Assembly: GCA_017578085.2 (NCBI GenBank)
Contig: PKQR02000001.1
Span: 7,105-71,104 of the forward strand
Reading direction: 5' to 3'
Source: Bacillota bacterium
GTDB taxonomy: Bacteria > Bacillota > Limnochordia > Limnochordales > ZCTH02-B6
DNA: 64,000 bases
Shown: positions 11,681-19,863 of the stretch, in pieces
How positions within the stretch are numbered: the stretch's first letter is position 1
Layout: each line of letters starts with the position of its first letter
Made by a program: the position numbers and the translations under genes
The notes under the pieces: generated by a model
Told to the model about the DNA's origin: nothing
Databases searched by the model: none
The model's input: the letters and a program-made list of their open reading frames with translations, nothing else

Positions 11681-12669
11681 GTCGACCCATCGAGGAACTG
11701 GGCGAATTCGGCCTCATTGAGCAGTTGCGCCGCTACCAGCGGGGGCGTCCAGGGCTCTTGGCCGGCATCGGCGACGACGCCGCGGTGCTGGCCGGCCCGC
11801 CGGGGTACCGGACCCTGTTCACCGCCGACATCCTGGTGGAAGGGGTCCATTTCTTCCCCGACACCGATCCGTACGCCCTGGGGCGCAAAGCGATGGCCGT
11901 CAACGTGAGCGACATCGCCGCGATGGGCGGGATCCCCACCTTTGCCACCGTCGGGCTGGGCGTGCCGCCGGGGACGAGCGCCGACCGGATCGATCGGCTG
12001 TATGCGGGCATGAGCGACGAAGCAGCCGCGTTTGGCGCCAGCATCGTCGGCGGCGACACCGTGAGGGCCCCGGTGCTTTTCATCAGCGTCGCGCTCCTGG
12101 GCGAGGTGGAGGAGCAGCGGCTGCTGTTGCGCAAGGGCGCACTGGTCGGTGACCGGATCTGCGTGACGCACCGGATCGGGGAGGCGGCCGCAGGGCTGCT
12201 CCTCTTGCAGCGCCCGGACCTCCAGGTACCCGAGGACACCCGCAGGCGCCTTGTGGACAGGCTCCTGCGTCCCACGCCCCGGGTTGAGGCCGGGCGGGAG
12301 CTGGGGCTGGGCATCGCCACGGCCGCCATCGATCTGAGCGACGGCCTCGCGGGCGACTTGTACAAGCTGTGCGCGGCGAGCCAGGTCGGAGCCATCATCG
12401 ATCTGGCCGCGCTGCCCATCTCGGACGACGTGCGCCGGGTGGCGGAGGCCGCGGGTGTGGATCCGGTGGAACTCGCCCTCAGGGGCGGCGAAGACTACGA
12501 GCTGCTCTTCACGACTTCCTCCTTGCGGGAAGGCAGCCACGTGTTGCCCCGCTCAGGCACCCCTTATACCGTCATCGGCGAGGTCGTCGATGAGTGGCGC
12601 GGGGTGCATGTGCGCCAGCCCGACGGCCGCCTGCGGCCGCTCGAGGATTCGGGGTTCCGGCACTTCTAG
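11677..12669 (+). CDS. thiL: Thiamine-monophosphate kinase
   Basis: GTG 11677 overlaps the pyrE stop (GTGA). Motifs present: GEFGLIE, GIGDDAAVL, AMAVNVSDIAAMGG and GGDT. Confidence 0.9.
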   Translation: MSRPIEELGEFGLIEQLRRYQRGRPGLLAGIGDDAAVLAGPPGYRTLFTADILVEGVHFFPDTDPYALGRKAMAVNVSDIAAMGGIPTFATVGLGVPPGTSADRIDRLYAGMSDEAAAFGASIVGGDTVRAPVLFISVALLGEVEEQRLLLRKGALVGDRICVTHRIGEAAAGLLLLQRPDLQVPEDTRRRLVDRLLRPTPRVEAGRELGLGIATAAIDLSDGLAGDLYKLCAASQVGAIIDLAALPISDDVRRVAEAAGVDPVELALRGGEDYELLFTTSSLREGSHVLPRSGTPYTVIGEVVDEWRGVHVRQPDGRLRPLEDSGFRHF

Positions 12670-13812
12670 GCGCGGCCGTGCGGCGGCGGACCGGGCCTTG
12701 AGCGGCCGGCTCTCCTCGGCGACCGCGGTGACGTATTGAATCAGGTTCTCGACCCAGCGGCGCTGGATGTCCCGCTCGTCGAACCGCAACGGCTTGGAGT
12801 TCAGTTCAAAGATCCAAAGGCGCTGCCGGTCGTCGATTCCTAGGTCCAGGGACATTTCCATGAAGTCGCGCCCGAGTGAGGCCTCCATGGCCCGCGCGGC
12901 CCGCTCGGCCAGGGCGGCCGCCCGGGCGCTCAAGATCCGGGCCGCGCCGTCGCCGAAGGCGGTGACCAGGGCTTCGTCCATGGGCATGCGTCGCCCGCCC
13001 CTGGGTACGTGGGTCGTGATCTGCCCGGGGCCGGCGACGCGGGCCGCGCCGCCGGTAAACCGCCACTGGCCGCTGGGTTCTTTTTGCACCAACAGGCGCA
13101 GGTCAAAGGGCCGGCCGTTCACCTTCGCCAGCCGGATGGCTTGCTGGGCCAAATACGGCCGGCCCCGCACCAGCCTCGTCACCGCGTCCCACAAGGCGTC
13201 CCAGGACGGCAGGTAGGCGGTACGGGTGCGGCCGAAGCTGGGGTTGTAGCGCAGCCGCCAGCGACCGCGCGCGCCGGGCGAGATCTCCATCGTGCCGTTG
13301 CCGAGGCTCCCGCCCACGGCTTTGAGGTAGACCCGCCCGTGCTCTTCCACGAACTGCCGCAGGCGGGCACCGTCCCGCAGCGGGATGGTCGCCGGCAGAT
13401 GGCCGGCCAGCTCTGGGTCGCGGCCAAGTGCCCGGCTGAGCACGGCTTTGTTGAGGTAGTGGGGGTTGAAGACGCGCCCGTCCAGCTCACGCCTGAGCCG
13501 GCGCAGGCACTCGCGGACGGAGGGCTTGCCTTCCGCGGTACGGGTCGGCACGCGGTTGTAGACGACGTCCGGCATGGGAAACCAGCGGGCATGCCACTGC
13601 CGGGGCCCCTGGGCGCTGACCCGCCAGCCCAGCACTTGCCGGCGGCGCCAGTCGACGCCGCCGGGAGAAAACACGTAGACCAAGACCCCGTGCTCGCGCC
13701 CGGCGCGGATGATCTCGGAGAAAGTGCGCCACTGGGGCCAGCGGGGTCCCCGCACCGAGGAACCGTCGGGGTAAGTCGTCAGGATGCCCAACACTGCCCG
13801 CGCCATACTCAC
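12553..13812 (-). CDS. YheC/YheD-family ATP-grasp protein (endospore coat-associated type), short form
   Basis: The 419-aa ORF has its GTG start in a GTGA overlap with the upstream paralogue. The layout is YheC/D-like: ..GILT.., FNPHYLNKAV, YLKAVGGSLGNG, and a C-terminal ..MSLDLGIDDRQRLWIFELNSKP motif typical of ATP-grasp Mg/ATP sites. The last 39 codons overlap the 3' end of thiL. Confidence 0.85.
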   Translation of the reverse strand: MSMARAVLGILTTYPDGSSVRGPRWPQWRTFSEIIRAGREHGVLVYVFSPGGVDWRRRQVLGWRVSAQGPRQWHARWFPMPDVVYNRVPTRTAEGKPSVRECLRRLRRELDGRVFNPHYLNKAVLSRALGRDPELAGHLPATIPLRDGARLRQFVEEHGRVYLKAVGGSLGNGTMEISPGARGRWRLRYNPSFGRTRTAYLPSWDALWDAVTRLVRGRPYLAQQAIRLAKVNGRPFDLRLLVQKEPSGQWRFTGGAARVAGPGQITTHVPRGGRRMPMDEALVTAFGDGAARILSARAAALAERAARAMEASLGRDFMEMSLDLGIDDRQRLWIFELNSKPLRFDERDIQRRWVENLIQYVTAVAEESRPLKARSAAARPRLEVPEPRILERPQAAVGLAHMHPAPLIDDLADDGIRGA

Positions 13813-15230
13813 GCTCGCTCCCTTTCGTCGGCGACCTGGACGGGTCCGCCGTTTTCAAAGCCGGCCAAGTAGCGGGCGAAACGCAGCGGCCGCTGCACCG
13901 ACAGGCCCAAGATGTGGGGCGAGCCCGCCTCCCGGGTCATCTGCAGGAACGGCTTGGAGTTGACCTCAATGAGCCAGATGCGCCCCAGCCGGTCGATTCC
14001 CAAGTCCAGCCCCAGCTCGCCCACGGTGCCGCTCACGGTCCGCTCGATCTCCCGCGCGCACTCCAATCCGGTCGCGTAAAGCTGCCTGAGCAGCAACCCA
14101 GCCCGCGCCCCAAATAGGCGGCGCAAGAGGGCCCCCGCCCTGGCGCCCTGGCCCCCGCGGCTCAAGTTGGCCGTGAAGCTGCCGGGTGCCGCGATGCGGG
14201 CGTACATCTTGGTCATGGCCCATTGCCCCCGCTGGGACCGCTGCATAAGGATGCGCACGTCAAAGGGACGACCGTGCCAGGTGGCCAAGGGCAGGCCCTG
14301 TTGGATGATGTAGGGACGGCCGCGAATGGCCCGGTCCACCCTCGCCGCCGCCCGGGCCAGGCTCGGCACATGCTGGACGACGGCCCTGTCTTTCAGCTGG
14401 AAAGCCAGGCTATAGCCGCTAGCGGTGCGGCGCACGCACACGATCCCGAGGCCGAGGCTGCCGCCGATGGGCTTGAAAAACACCGCCCGTCCCGCACGCA
14501 AGAAGCGTTCCAGCTGCGCCGGGCTGCTGTAACGCTCGGTTTGGGGCAGAAGCCGCGCGAGGGCGGGGCTCTTGGAGAGTTCCTGGTGCATGCGCCACTT
14601 GTCAAAGAATCCGGTCTCGTTGAACCAAGCCGGCACGTGCTTGGCCAGCCGCTCCCGGAAGCGCATGTATGGCGCGCTCCACTCGGTGCGCCGGGTCTGG
14701 ATCCGGTCGTACACCACGTCCGGAAACGGGAACACGCCGCGCCGCCAGCGGCCCAAAGGCCACAGGCCGCTGTAGGTGTAGCCGTGCACGAGGCGGCGCT
14801 CCCAGTTCACGTCCCTGGGTGCGAACATGTAGGCGCCGATGGCCAGCCGTTCGCCCCAGCGGGTAAGGGCGCGGAAGAAGGGGTCGTGTTCGCCGTAAAG
14901 GGGCCCGCGGCGCACCCGCAGGGCGAGAATCCCGACGAAGGGCCCAAGGTGCAGCATCCGCCGTTCGGGATCAAAGCGCAGGTGCAGGCGGGTCCCGTGG
15001 GGCACGTGCAGTTCGTCCAGAAGGGCCGGATCCATGACGACCTGGGGTGTCGGCTGGCCGGGCCGGTCGGGTACCACCACCGCTCGCGCCGGCTGGCGCA
15101 GCAGCCCTGCGCCGATCTGGACCTCGCCGGACGCAAGCCCGAGTCGCGCCGCCACGGAGGCCGGCACGAACACTTCACGGCGGGTGGCGTGCGGCGTCGC
15201 GCCGATGAGAACGGGGTGGACAACCGGCAT
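13809..15230 (-). CDS. YheC/YheD-family ATP-grasp protein, long form with extra N-terminal domain
   Basis: This 473-aa ORF is a paralogue of the downstream gene. Shared motifs: LGPFVGIL, FFKPIGGSLGLG and ELGLDLGIDRLGRIWLIEVNSKP. An extra N-terminal domain of about 95 aa resembles B. subtilis YheD. Confidence 0.85.
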   Translation of the reverse strand: MPVVHPVLIGATPHATRREVFVPASVAARLGLASGEVQIGAGLLRQPARAVVVPDRPGQPTPQVVMDPALLDELHVPHGTRLHLRFDPERRMLHLGPFVGILALRVRRGPLYGEHDPFFRALTRWGERLAIGAYMFAPRDVNWERRLVHGYTYSGLWPLGRWRRGVFPFPDVVYDRIQTRRTEWSAPYMRFRERLAKHVPAWFNETGFFDKWRMHQELSKSPALARLLPQTERYSSPAQLERFLRAGRAVFFKPIGGSLGLGIVCVRRTASGYSLAFQLKDRAVVQHVPSLARAAARVDRAIRGRPYIIQQGLPLATWHGRPFDVRILMQRSQRGQWAMTKMYARIAAPGSFTANLSRGGQGARAGALLRRLFGARAGLLLRQLYATGLECAREIERTVSGTVGELGLDLGIDRLGRIWLIEVNSKPFLQMTREAGSPHILGLSVQRPLRFARYLAGFENGGPVQVADERERA

Positions 15231-15274
15231 GCTGAGGGTAGTCCCCTTTCCCGTGCGGACTCCCGCGCAAAGGT

Positions 15275-15296
15275 CGAGCCCCCGGATGGGGGCTCG
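15275..15296 (-). terminator. Hairpin after cotE (weak terminator or processing site)
   Basis: CGAGCCCCC-(4 nt)-GGGGGCUCG is a 9-bp GC stem lying 18 nt after the cotE stop. On the minus strand it is followed only by ACCUUUG, so there is no real U-run. Confidence 0.35.
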
Positions 15297-15313
15297 TAAT
15301 CACCCAGCAGGGG

Positions 15314-15943
15314 TCAGCGGTTGACTTCCTCTTTAAGCTCTTCGTCGATGCCGGCGTCCAGCTCGTCGTCGACCAGGTCATCGTCGAACTCGTCGTCCAA
15401 CTCGCTGTCCATGATCTCCCAGAGTTCCAGCGTCTTCTTGTCGTCGCCGCCGGACCCGACGCCCGCGTATACCGGCACCCACAGCGTGGTTTCACCGATG
15501 ACCTCGGCCGCGTACCCGTCCTCCACCAGCACCTGCACGACGCCGTCCGCGTCCAGTGCGATCTCCCGGGCGCGCGGCTGGCGGGTGCACGCCACGCGGC
15601 ACTCAGGGTGGAGCACCGCACCGGCGGAGCCGGTCAAATACTGCACCGGCAAATGCTCGTCGAACTCCACCGACTGGACCGCAACCGCCGTATGGACCCG
15701 GCCGCGCCCGGAGTCGCTCCCGTCGCCGGTGCCCGTGTAGGCGTACCAGACGTGGATGTCGTAGGAGCCTTGTACGGCCACCGCGCCGCCGCTGGTCAAG
15801 ACCGCCGTGACCCGGTGGTTGGTGATGCGGCACCCGAGCAGGTCCTCGGGGTGGAATTTGGTCCGGAAACGGTGGGTGCGCACAAAGCCCCGCTTGCCCC
15901 GCGCACAGACCGCCTTGACAAAAATCTCCCGCAAGGCGCTCAT
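15314..15943 (-). CDS. cotE: Outer spore coat morphogenetic protein CotE
   Basis: The 209-aa sequence aligns along its whole length with my memory of B. subtilis CotE (MS.YREI..KAV.A.GK..; ..ILG..I.NH...; Y.I.VWY.Y; AEV.GET). It has the characteristic highly acidic C-terminal tail. A strong RBS AGGAGGAGGAG lies upstream. Confidence 0.88.
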   Translation of the reverse strand: MSALREIFVKAVCARGKRGFVRTHRFRTKFHPEDLLGCRITNHRVTAVLTSGGAVAVQGSYDIHVWYAYTGTGDGSDSGRGRVHTAVAVQSVEFDEHLPVQYLTGSAGAVLHPECRVACTRQPRAREIALDADGVVQVLVEDGYAAEVIGETTLWVPVYAGVGSGGDDKKTLELWEIMDSELDDEFDDDLVDDELDAGIDEELKEEVNR

Positions 15944-15979
15944 GAGCTTTTCACTCTCCTCCTCCTGGCTGGACCTTGG

Positions 15980-15990
15980 TGTATGTTATG
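15980..15990 (-). promoter_or_regulatory. Possible mother-cell (sigma-E/sigma-K type) -10 element upstream of cotE
   Basis: The minus strand reads CATAACATACA. This fits both CATA---TA (sigma-K -10) and CATACA (sigma-E -10 core). An AC lies 17 nt upstream. It sits about 20 nt upstream of the cotE RBS. The call is motif-only. Confidence 0.25.
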
Positions 15991-16015
15991 GAGGCGGGGC
16001 GAAGGGTGTTCCGGT

Positions 16016-17494
16016 TCAGCCGGCCAGCCACCGCCGCTTCAAATCAACCCGCTCGTTCCACCGGCGCTCCTCCGCCACCATCTGGCGGATCAGCTCGATG
16101 TGCTGGCGGAACTCCTGGAACGTGGGCGCCTGTTCCAGGTCCCGCCAAATTTGCAGGAAGCATGGCCGCAAGGCCGGCTTGTCGGCTTGGTAGAACGCCC
16201 GCTGGTTGGCCAGCGACAAAAAGACGTTGCGGCGGAGCAGGGGGTAGTCGGTGGCTACCACCTTGGCCAGGCACAGCACCGCCTGCGCGTACTGGGGTGA
16301 GATGAGCCAGCTGCCGGGGGTGCGGTACTCAAAGCCTCCATGGGGCTGCGAGCGCCAATCGCCGAGGAAACCATAGCGGGGGCGCCGCAGGCGGGAGCTC
16401 TTGGGGTTCTCCAGGAACAGCACCGGCAGGGCCAAGTAGTTGTCCAAGGCCTGGAGCAGGTCGGTGGTAAGCCGGATGTTGCTGAAGTGGACGTGGCCGC
16501 CGATGGTGAAGCGCCTGAGCGCGGTGCCGCCGGCTTCAAAATTGATCCGGTAGCCCCGCACGATGCTGGCCGCCCGGGCGATAGCCCGCCGCAAATTTTC
16601 CACGAGCTGCAGGGGGTCTGGACTTGGGTCAGGGCGAACTTCGGCCAGCGGGTAGATGAGAACCCCGTTGCGCATGAAGCAGGCGCGGTCGAGCCCCACC
16701 GTCCCAAACCGGCTGAAAAAGCGGGAGGCGCTCACCGTGCGGCCGCTGATGCGGCTGCGCAGGATGAACTCGGGGTCTGCTCCCAAGACCACTTCGCGGC
16801 CGGGATTGTGGCCCACCGCCGTCGCGCACGCGTCGGCCACCGCGGCCACGTAGGTTTCCATGGCGTGGGCCCACCGGCGGGCCAGGCGCGCATCCAGGGC
16901 CGGCGCGGGCACGACCCGCACGACGGCCAACTGGCCTGAAGAGGTGACGCCGATGTCCACGGCGCCGAAGTGGAGGCCCAGCGCATAGCACGCCCGCCGG
17001 CCCAGGTTGCGCAGGCGGGCCAAGAGGCGGGCGCCGCCGGAAAAGGAGTGGCGCAGGCGCCGGCCGGACCATTGCAGCACGGCCAGGGTGCGCAGGTCAA
17101 AGACATGCACGCGCCAGCGGGGTTCGACGCCCGGGGCGGCGGGGATGTTGTTCAACCGCAGGATCGCGGCCGCGTCGGGACCGATGGCGTTAAGGATAGC
17201 CTCCCGGGCGTTGACGACCCACAAGCCGTCGTCGCGCCCGTGGGTGGCGCCCCAGCGAAAAACGCACGTCCAGTCTTCTGGCGGGAGATCCTGGGAAAAG
17301 ACAAAGCCGGGCAGACGCTTGGCCAAGGCCGGGTGGGGCGCCCGGTCCCCAATCAGCACGAGACAGCGCAAGGGGGAGAACCTCCCCGAGTCGGGCGTGG
17401 TCGGTGGTACCACAATATGCGGGACGGCGGGGGGATGCAAATCCTGGGGCGTCGAGGAAGCGTCCGCGGCAAGGGATCGCGTCCTTGAGTGCAA
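16016..17494 (-). CDS. Fusion protein: ATP-grasp-like N-terminal module plus phiEco32-like COOH-NH2 ligase (amidoligase, glutamine-synthetase fold) C-terminal module
   Basis: The maximal ORF is 492 aa from TTG 17494. A better start is TTG 17371, which lies 9 nt after GGGGAGG and gives MRCLVLIGDR... The N-terminal half has ATP-grasp C-lobe-like strings (RVHVFDLRTLAV.., LGLHFGAVDIGVTSSGQLAVVRV). The C-terminal half has GADPEFILR.., AEVRPDPS, IGGHVHFS, LDNYLALP and GGFEYRTPGSWL, which I recognise as the COOH-NH2 ligase type-2 family. Confidence 0.8.
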   Translation of the reverse strand: MHSRTRSLAADASSTPQDLHPPAVPHIVVPPTTPDSGRFSPLRCLVLIGDRAPHPALAKRLPGFVFSQDLPPEDWTCVFRWGATHGRDDGLWVVNAREAILNAIGPDAAAILRLNNIPAAPGVEPRWRVHVFDLRTLAVLQWSGRRLRHSFSGGARLLARLRNLGRRACYALGLHFGAVDIGVTSSGQLAVVRVVPAPALDARLARRWAHAMETYVAAVADACATAVGHNPGREVVLGADPEFILRSRISGRTVSASRFFSRFGTVGLDRACFMRNGVLIYPLAEVRPDPSPDPLQLVENLRRAIARAASIVRGYRINFEAGGTALRRFTIGGHVHFSNIRLTTDLLQALDNYLALPVLFLENPKSSRLRRPRYGFLGDWRSQPHGGFEYRTPGSWLISPQYAQAVLCLAKVVATDYPLLRRNVFLSLANQRAFYQADKPALRPCFLQIWRDLEQAPTFQEFRQHIELIRQMVAEERRWNERVDLKRRWLAG

Positions 17495-17545
17495 GGGATC
17501 GCCGCCCGGGTCAGGAACTTACTTGGCAAAGGAGGAGCAGCCCAC

Positions 17546-18955
17546 GTGGACGCGTACGTGTTTGCCAACATCAGCCCATTGGACCATCGTTACCAGGTGA
17601 GCGACCCGGAGTTGGCGGCCGAGCTGCGCCGGTACTTGTCGGAGGACGCCTTCGTCCGGTTTCAGCTGGAGGTGGAGGTGGCACTGACGGAGGCCCTCGC
17701 CGCGCGCGGCGTCTGCAGCCCGGAGGTGGCCGCGGCGGTGCGGCAGGCCGCGGCGCAAGTTTCGCCCGCGGAAGTGTACGAGCGGGAGCGGCAGACCCGG
17801 CACAACGTGCGGGCCCTGGTCAACGCCATACGCGATCGGCTGCCCGAGGAGGCCCGGCCTTACGTCCATTTTACTGCGACTTCTATGGACATTATGGATA
17901 CGGCGCGGGCCTTGCAGTACCGGGCGGTGACCCGCGATGTGCTCCTGCCGCGGCTGGGATCCCTTTTGCGCACGTGGATCGCGCTGGCCCGGCGGGAGGC
18001 GGAGACGCTCCAGATCGGCCGAACCCACGGCCAGCACGCGGTGCCCATCACCTTCGGTTTCGCCGTGGCAGGCTACGTGGCGCGGCTTGGGGAGCGGATG
18101 GAACGCATCGCTGCGGCCGCGGCCAACCTGCGGGGCAAAATGGCGGGCGCGGTCGGCGCCTACAACGCGGCATCGCTTTTCTTCCCGGACCCCGACGCCT
18201 TTGAGCGGGAGGTGCTGGCGCGCCTGGGGCTTGAGCCGGGGGAACACGCGACGCAAATCGTGGCGCCGGAGTACGTGACGGACTATGTGCACGCCCTCGT
18301 CAGCTGCTTTGGCGTCCTGGCCAACTTTGCCGACGACATGCGGCACCTGCAGCGCACGGAGATCGGGGAAGCCGGCGAGGCCTTTGACCCGCAGCAGGTC
18401 GGCTCGTCCACCATGCCCCACAAGCGCAACCCGTGGAATTTCGAGCATGTGAAAAGCCTCTGGAAGACCTTCATGCCGCGGATGATGACCGTGTACATGG
18501 ACCAGATCTCCGAGCACCAGCGGGATCTGACCAACTCCGCCTCGAGCCGGTTTGTGGTGGAGATCATTGCAGGGCTCGCACTGGCCGCAGCGCGCCTTGG
18601 GCGCGAGTCCGAGCGGCTGGTCGTGGACCGTGAGGCCATGGCCCGCAATTTCGCCAGAAGCCGCGACACGATTATTGCGGAGCCACTCTACATCCTCTTG
18701 GCCAGCGCCGGTCACCCGGACGCCCATGAAGTCGTGCGCCGCCTGACGCTGGAGGCGGAGCGCCTCGGCCGGCCTTTGCCCGAGCTGGTGCGGGAAAGCG
18801 CGGAGCTGCAGGCCTATCTGGAGAAGCTGACGCCTGAGCAGCGGGCCGTGTTGGCGGAGCCCGAGCGTTACGTGGGTATCGCGGCGCGCAAGGCGCGGGC
18901 CGTCTGCGATCGGTGGGAGGAGCGGCTCGCCCGGTTAGAGGCGAACAAACTCTGA
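17546..18955 (+). CDS. purB: Adenylosuccinate lyase
   Basis: GTG 17546 lies 9 nt after AAAGGAGGAG. Motifs present: SPLDHRYQ and the signature SSTMPHKRNP. Confidence 0.95.
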   Translation: MDAYVFANISPLDHRYQVSDPELAAELRRYLSEDAFVRFQLEVEVALTEALAARGVCSPEVAAAVRQAAAQVSPAEVYERERQTRHNVRALVNAIRDRLPEEARPYVHFTATSMDIMDTARALQYRAVTRDVLLPRLGSLLRTWIALARREAETLQIGRTHGQHAVPITFGFAVAGYVARLGERMERIAAAAANLRGKMAGAVGAYNAASLFFPDPDAFEREVLARLGLEPGEHATQIVAPEYVTDYVHALVSCFGVLANFADDMRHLQRTEIGEAGEAFDPQQVGSSTMPHKRNPWNFEHVKSLWKTFMPRMMTVYMDQISEHQRDLTNSASSRFVVEIIAGLALAAARLGRESERLVVDREAMARNFARSRDTIIAEPLYILLASAGHPDAHEVVRRLTLEAERLGRPLPELVRESAELQAYLEKLTPEQRAVLAEPERYVGIAARKARAVCDRWEERLARLEANKL

Positions 18956-19063
18956 ACCAAAGGAGAAAATGTACGGAAATCGGGTTGCCAACCCGCCGGT
19001 TGTCTGCTAACATTGGGGTGGATTTGTTCGGATTCCGAACGATAGGCGGAACGGCGGGGGGCT

Positions 19064-19792
19064 ATGTTCATGAGCGAGGCGCGGTCGCCGACTGGGCCCA
19101 TCCTTTACCGGGGGAAGGCCAAGACCATTTACGGCACGGACCGGCCCGACCAGGTCCTCATCTTTTTCAGGGACGATATTACCGCCGGCAACGGGCGGAA
19201 ACGGGCGGAGATACCGGGCAAGGGCATGCTCAACAGCCGTATCTCCGCCCTTCTCTTTGCGGAGCTGGAGCGGGCCGGCGTCGCGACCCACTTTCTGGAG
19301 GAGCGGGAACCCGGGGTAATGCTCGCCCGCGCGGTGCGCATCGTGCCCCTGGAGGTGGTCGTCCGCAACCGCGCGGCCGGCAGCTTGAGCCAGAGGCTGG
19401 GCCTGCCCGAAGGCGAGCCGCTGTCCCGGCCGGTCGTCGAGCACTACTACAAGCGGGATGATCTGGGCGATCCGCTGATCAATCGCGACCACATCCGGGT
19501 ATTGGGGATCGCTTCCGACGATGTGGTCGATCGGATGGAAGCCGTCGCCCGGCGGGTCAACGAGATCCTGTCCGCCCGCTTCGCCCGGGCGGGGCTGGTG
19601 CTGGTCGACTTCAAGCTGGAGTTTGGCCTTGCTGGAGGCGAGCTGGTGGTCGCGGACGAGCTGTCGCCCGACACGATGCGGGTGTGGGATGCGGAGAGCG
19701 GCCGCCGGCTGGACAAGGACCGCTTCCGCCGGGGCTGGGGCGGTGTGCTGGAAGGCTACGAAGAAATCTGGCGCCGCCTGCAGGAAAGCTAG
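19064..19792 (+). CDS. purC: Phosphoribosylaminoimidazole-succinocarboxamide (SAICAR) synthase
   Basis: Motifs present: [19 protein letters not shown] and the DTMRVWD-type C-terminal region. The length is 242 aa. Confidence 0.95.
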   Translation: MFMSEARSPTGPILYRGKAKTIYGTDRPDQVLIFFRDDITAGNGRKRAEIPGKGMLNSRISALLFAELERAGVATHFLEEREPGVMLARAVRIVPLEVVVRNRAAGSLSQRLGLPEGEPLSRPVVEHYYKRDDLGDPLINRDHIRVLGIASDDVVDRMEAVARRVNEILSARFARAGLVLVDFKLEFGLAGGELVVADELSPDTMRVWDAESGRRLDKDRFRRGWGGVLEGYEEIWRRLQES

Positions 19793-19863
19793 GCAGAAAA
19801 CTGCATCGCTCACGGAACGGGCGGGACAGCAGGGGACAGCGCAACGGGAGGTGCCCGACTGGC

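Noticed and set aside
18956-19063. The 108-nt lower-GC purB-purC spacer contains a 13-codon ORF (ATG 18969 to TAA 19010, MYGNRVANPPVVC) and small hairpins. I considered a purine or ZTP riboswitch, or a leader peptide.
   Set aside because: None of the conserved purine-riboswitch or ZTP (pfl) core sequences is present. The RBS-to-ATG spacing is only about 3 nt. There is no terminator/antiterminator alternative. Evidence is insufficient.
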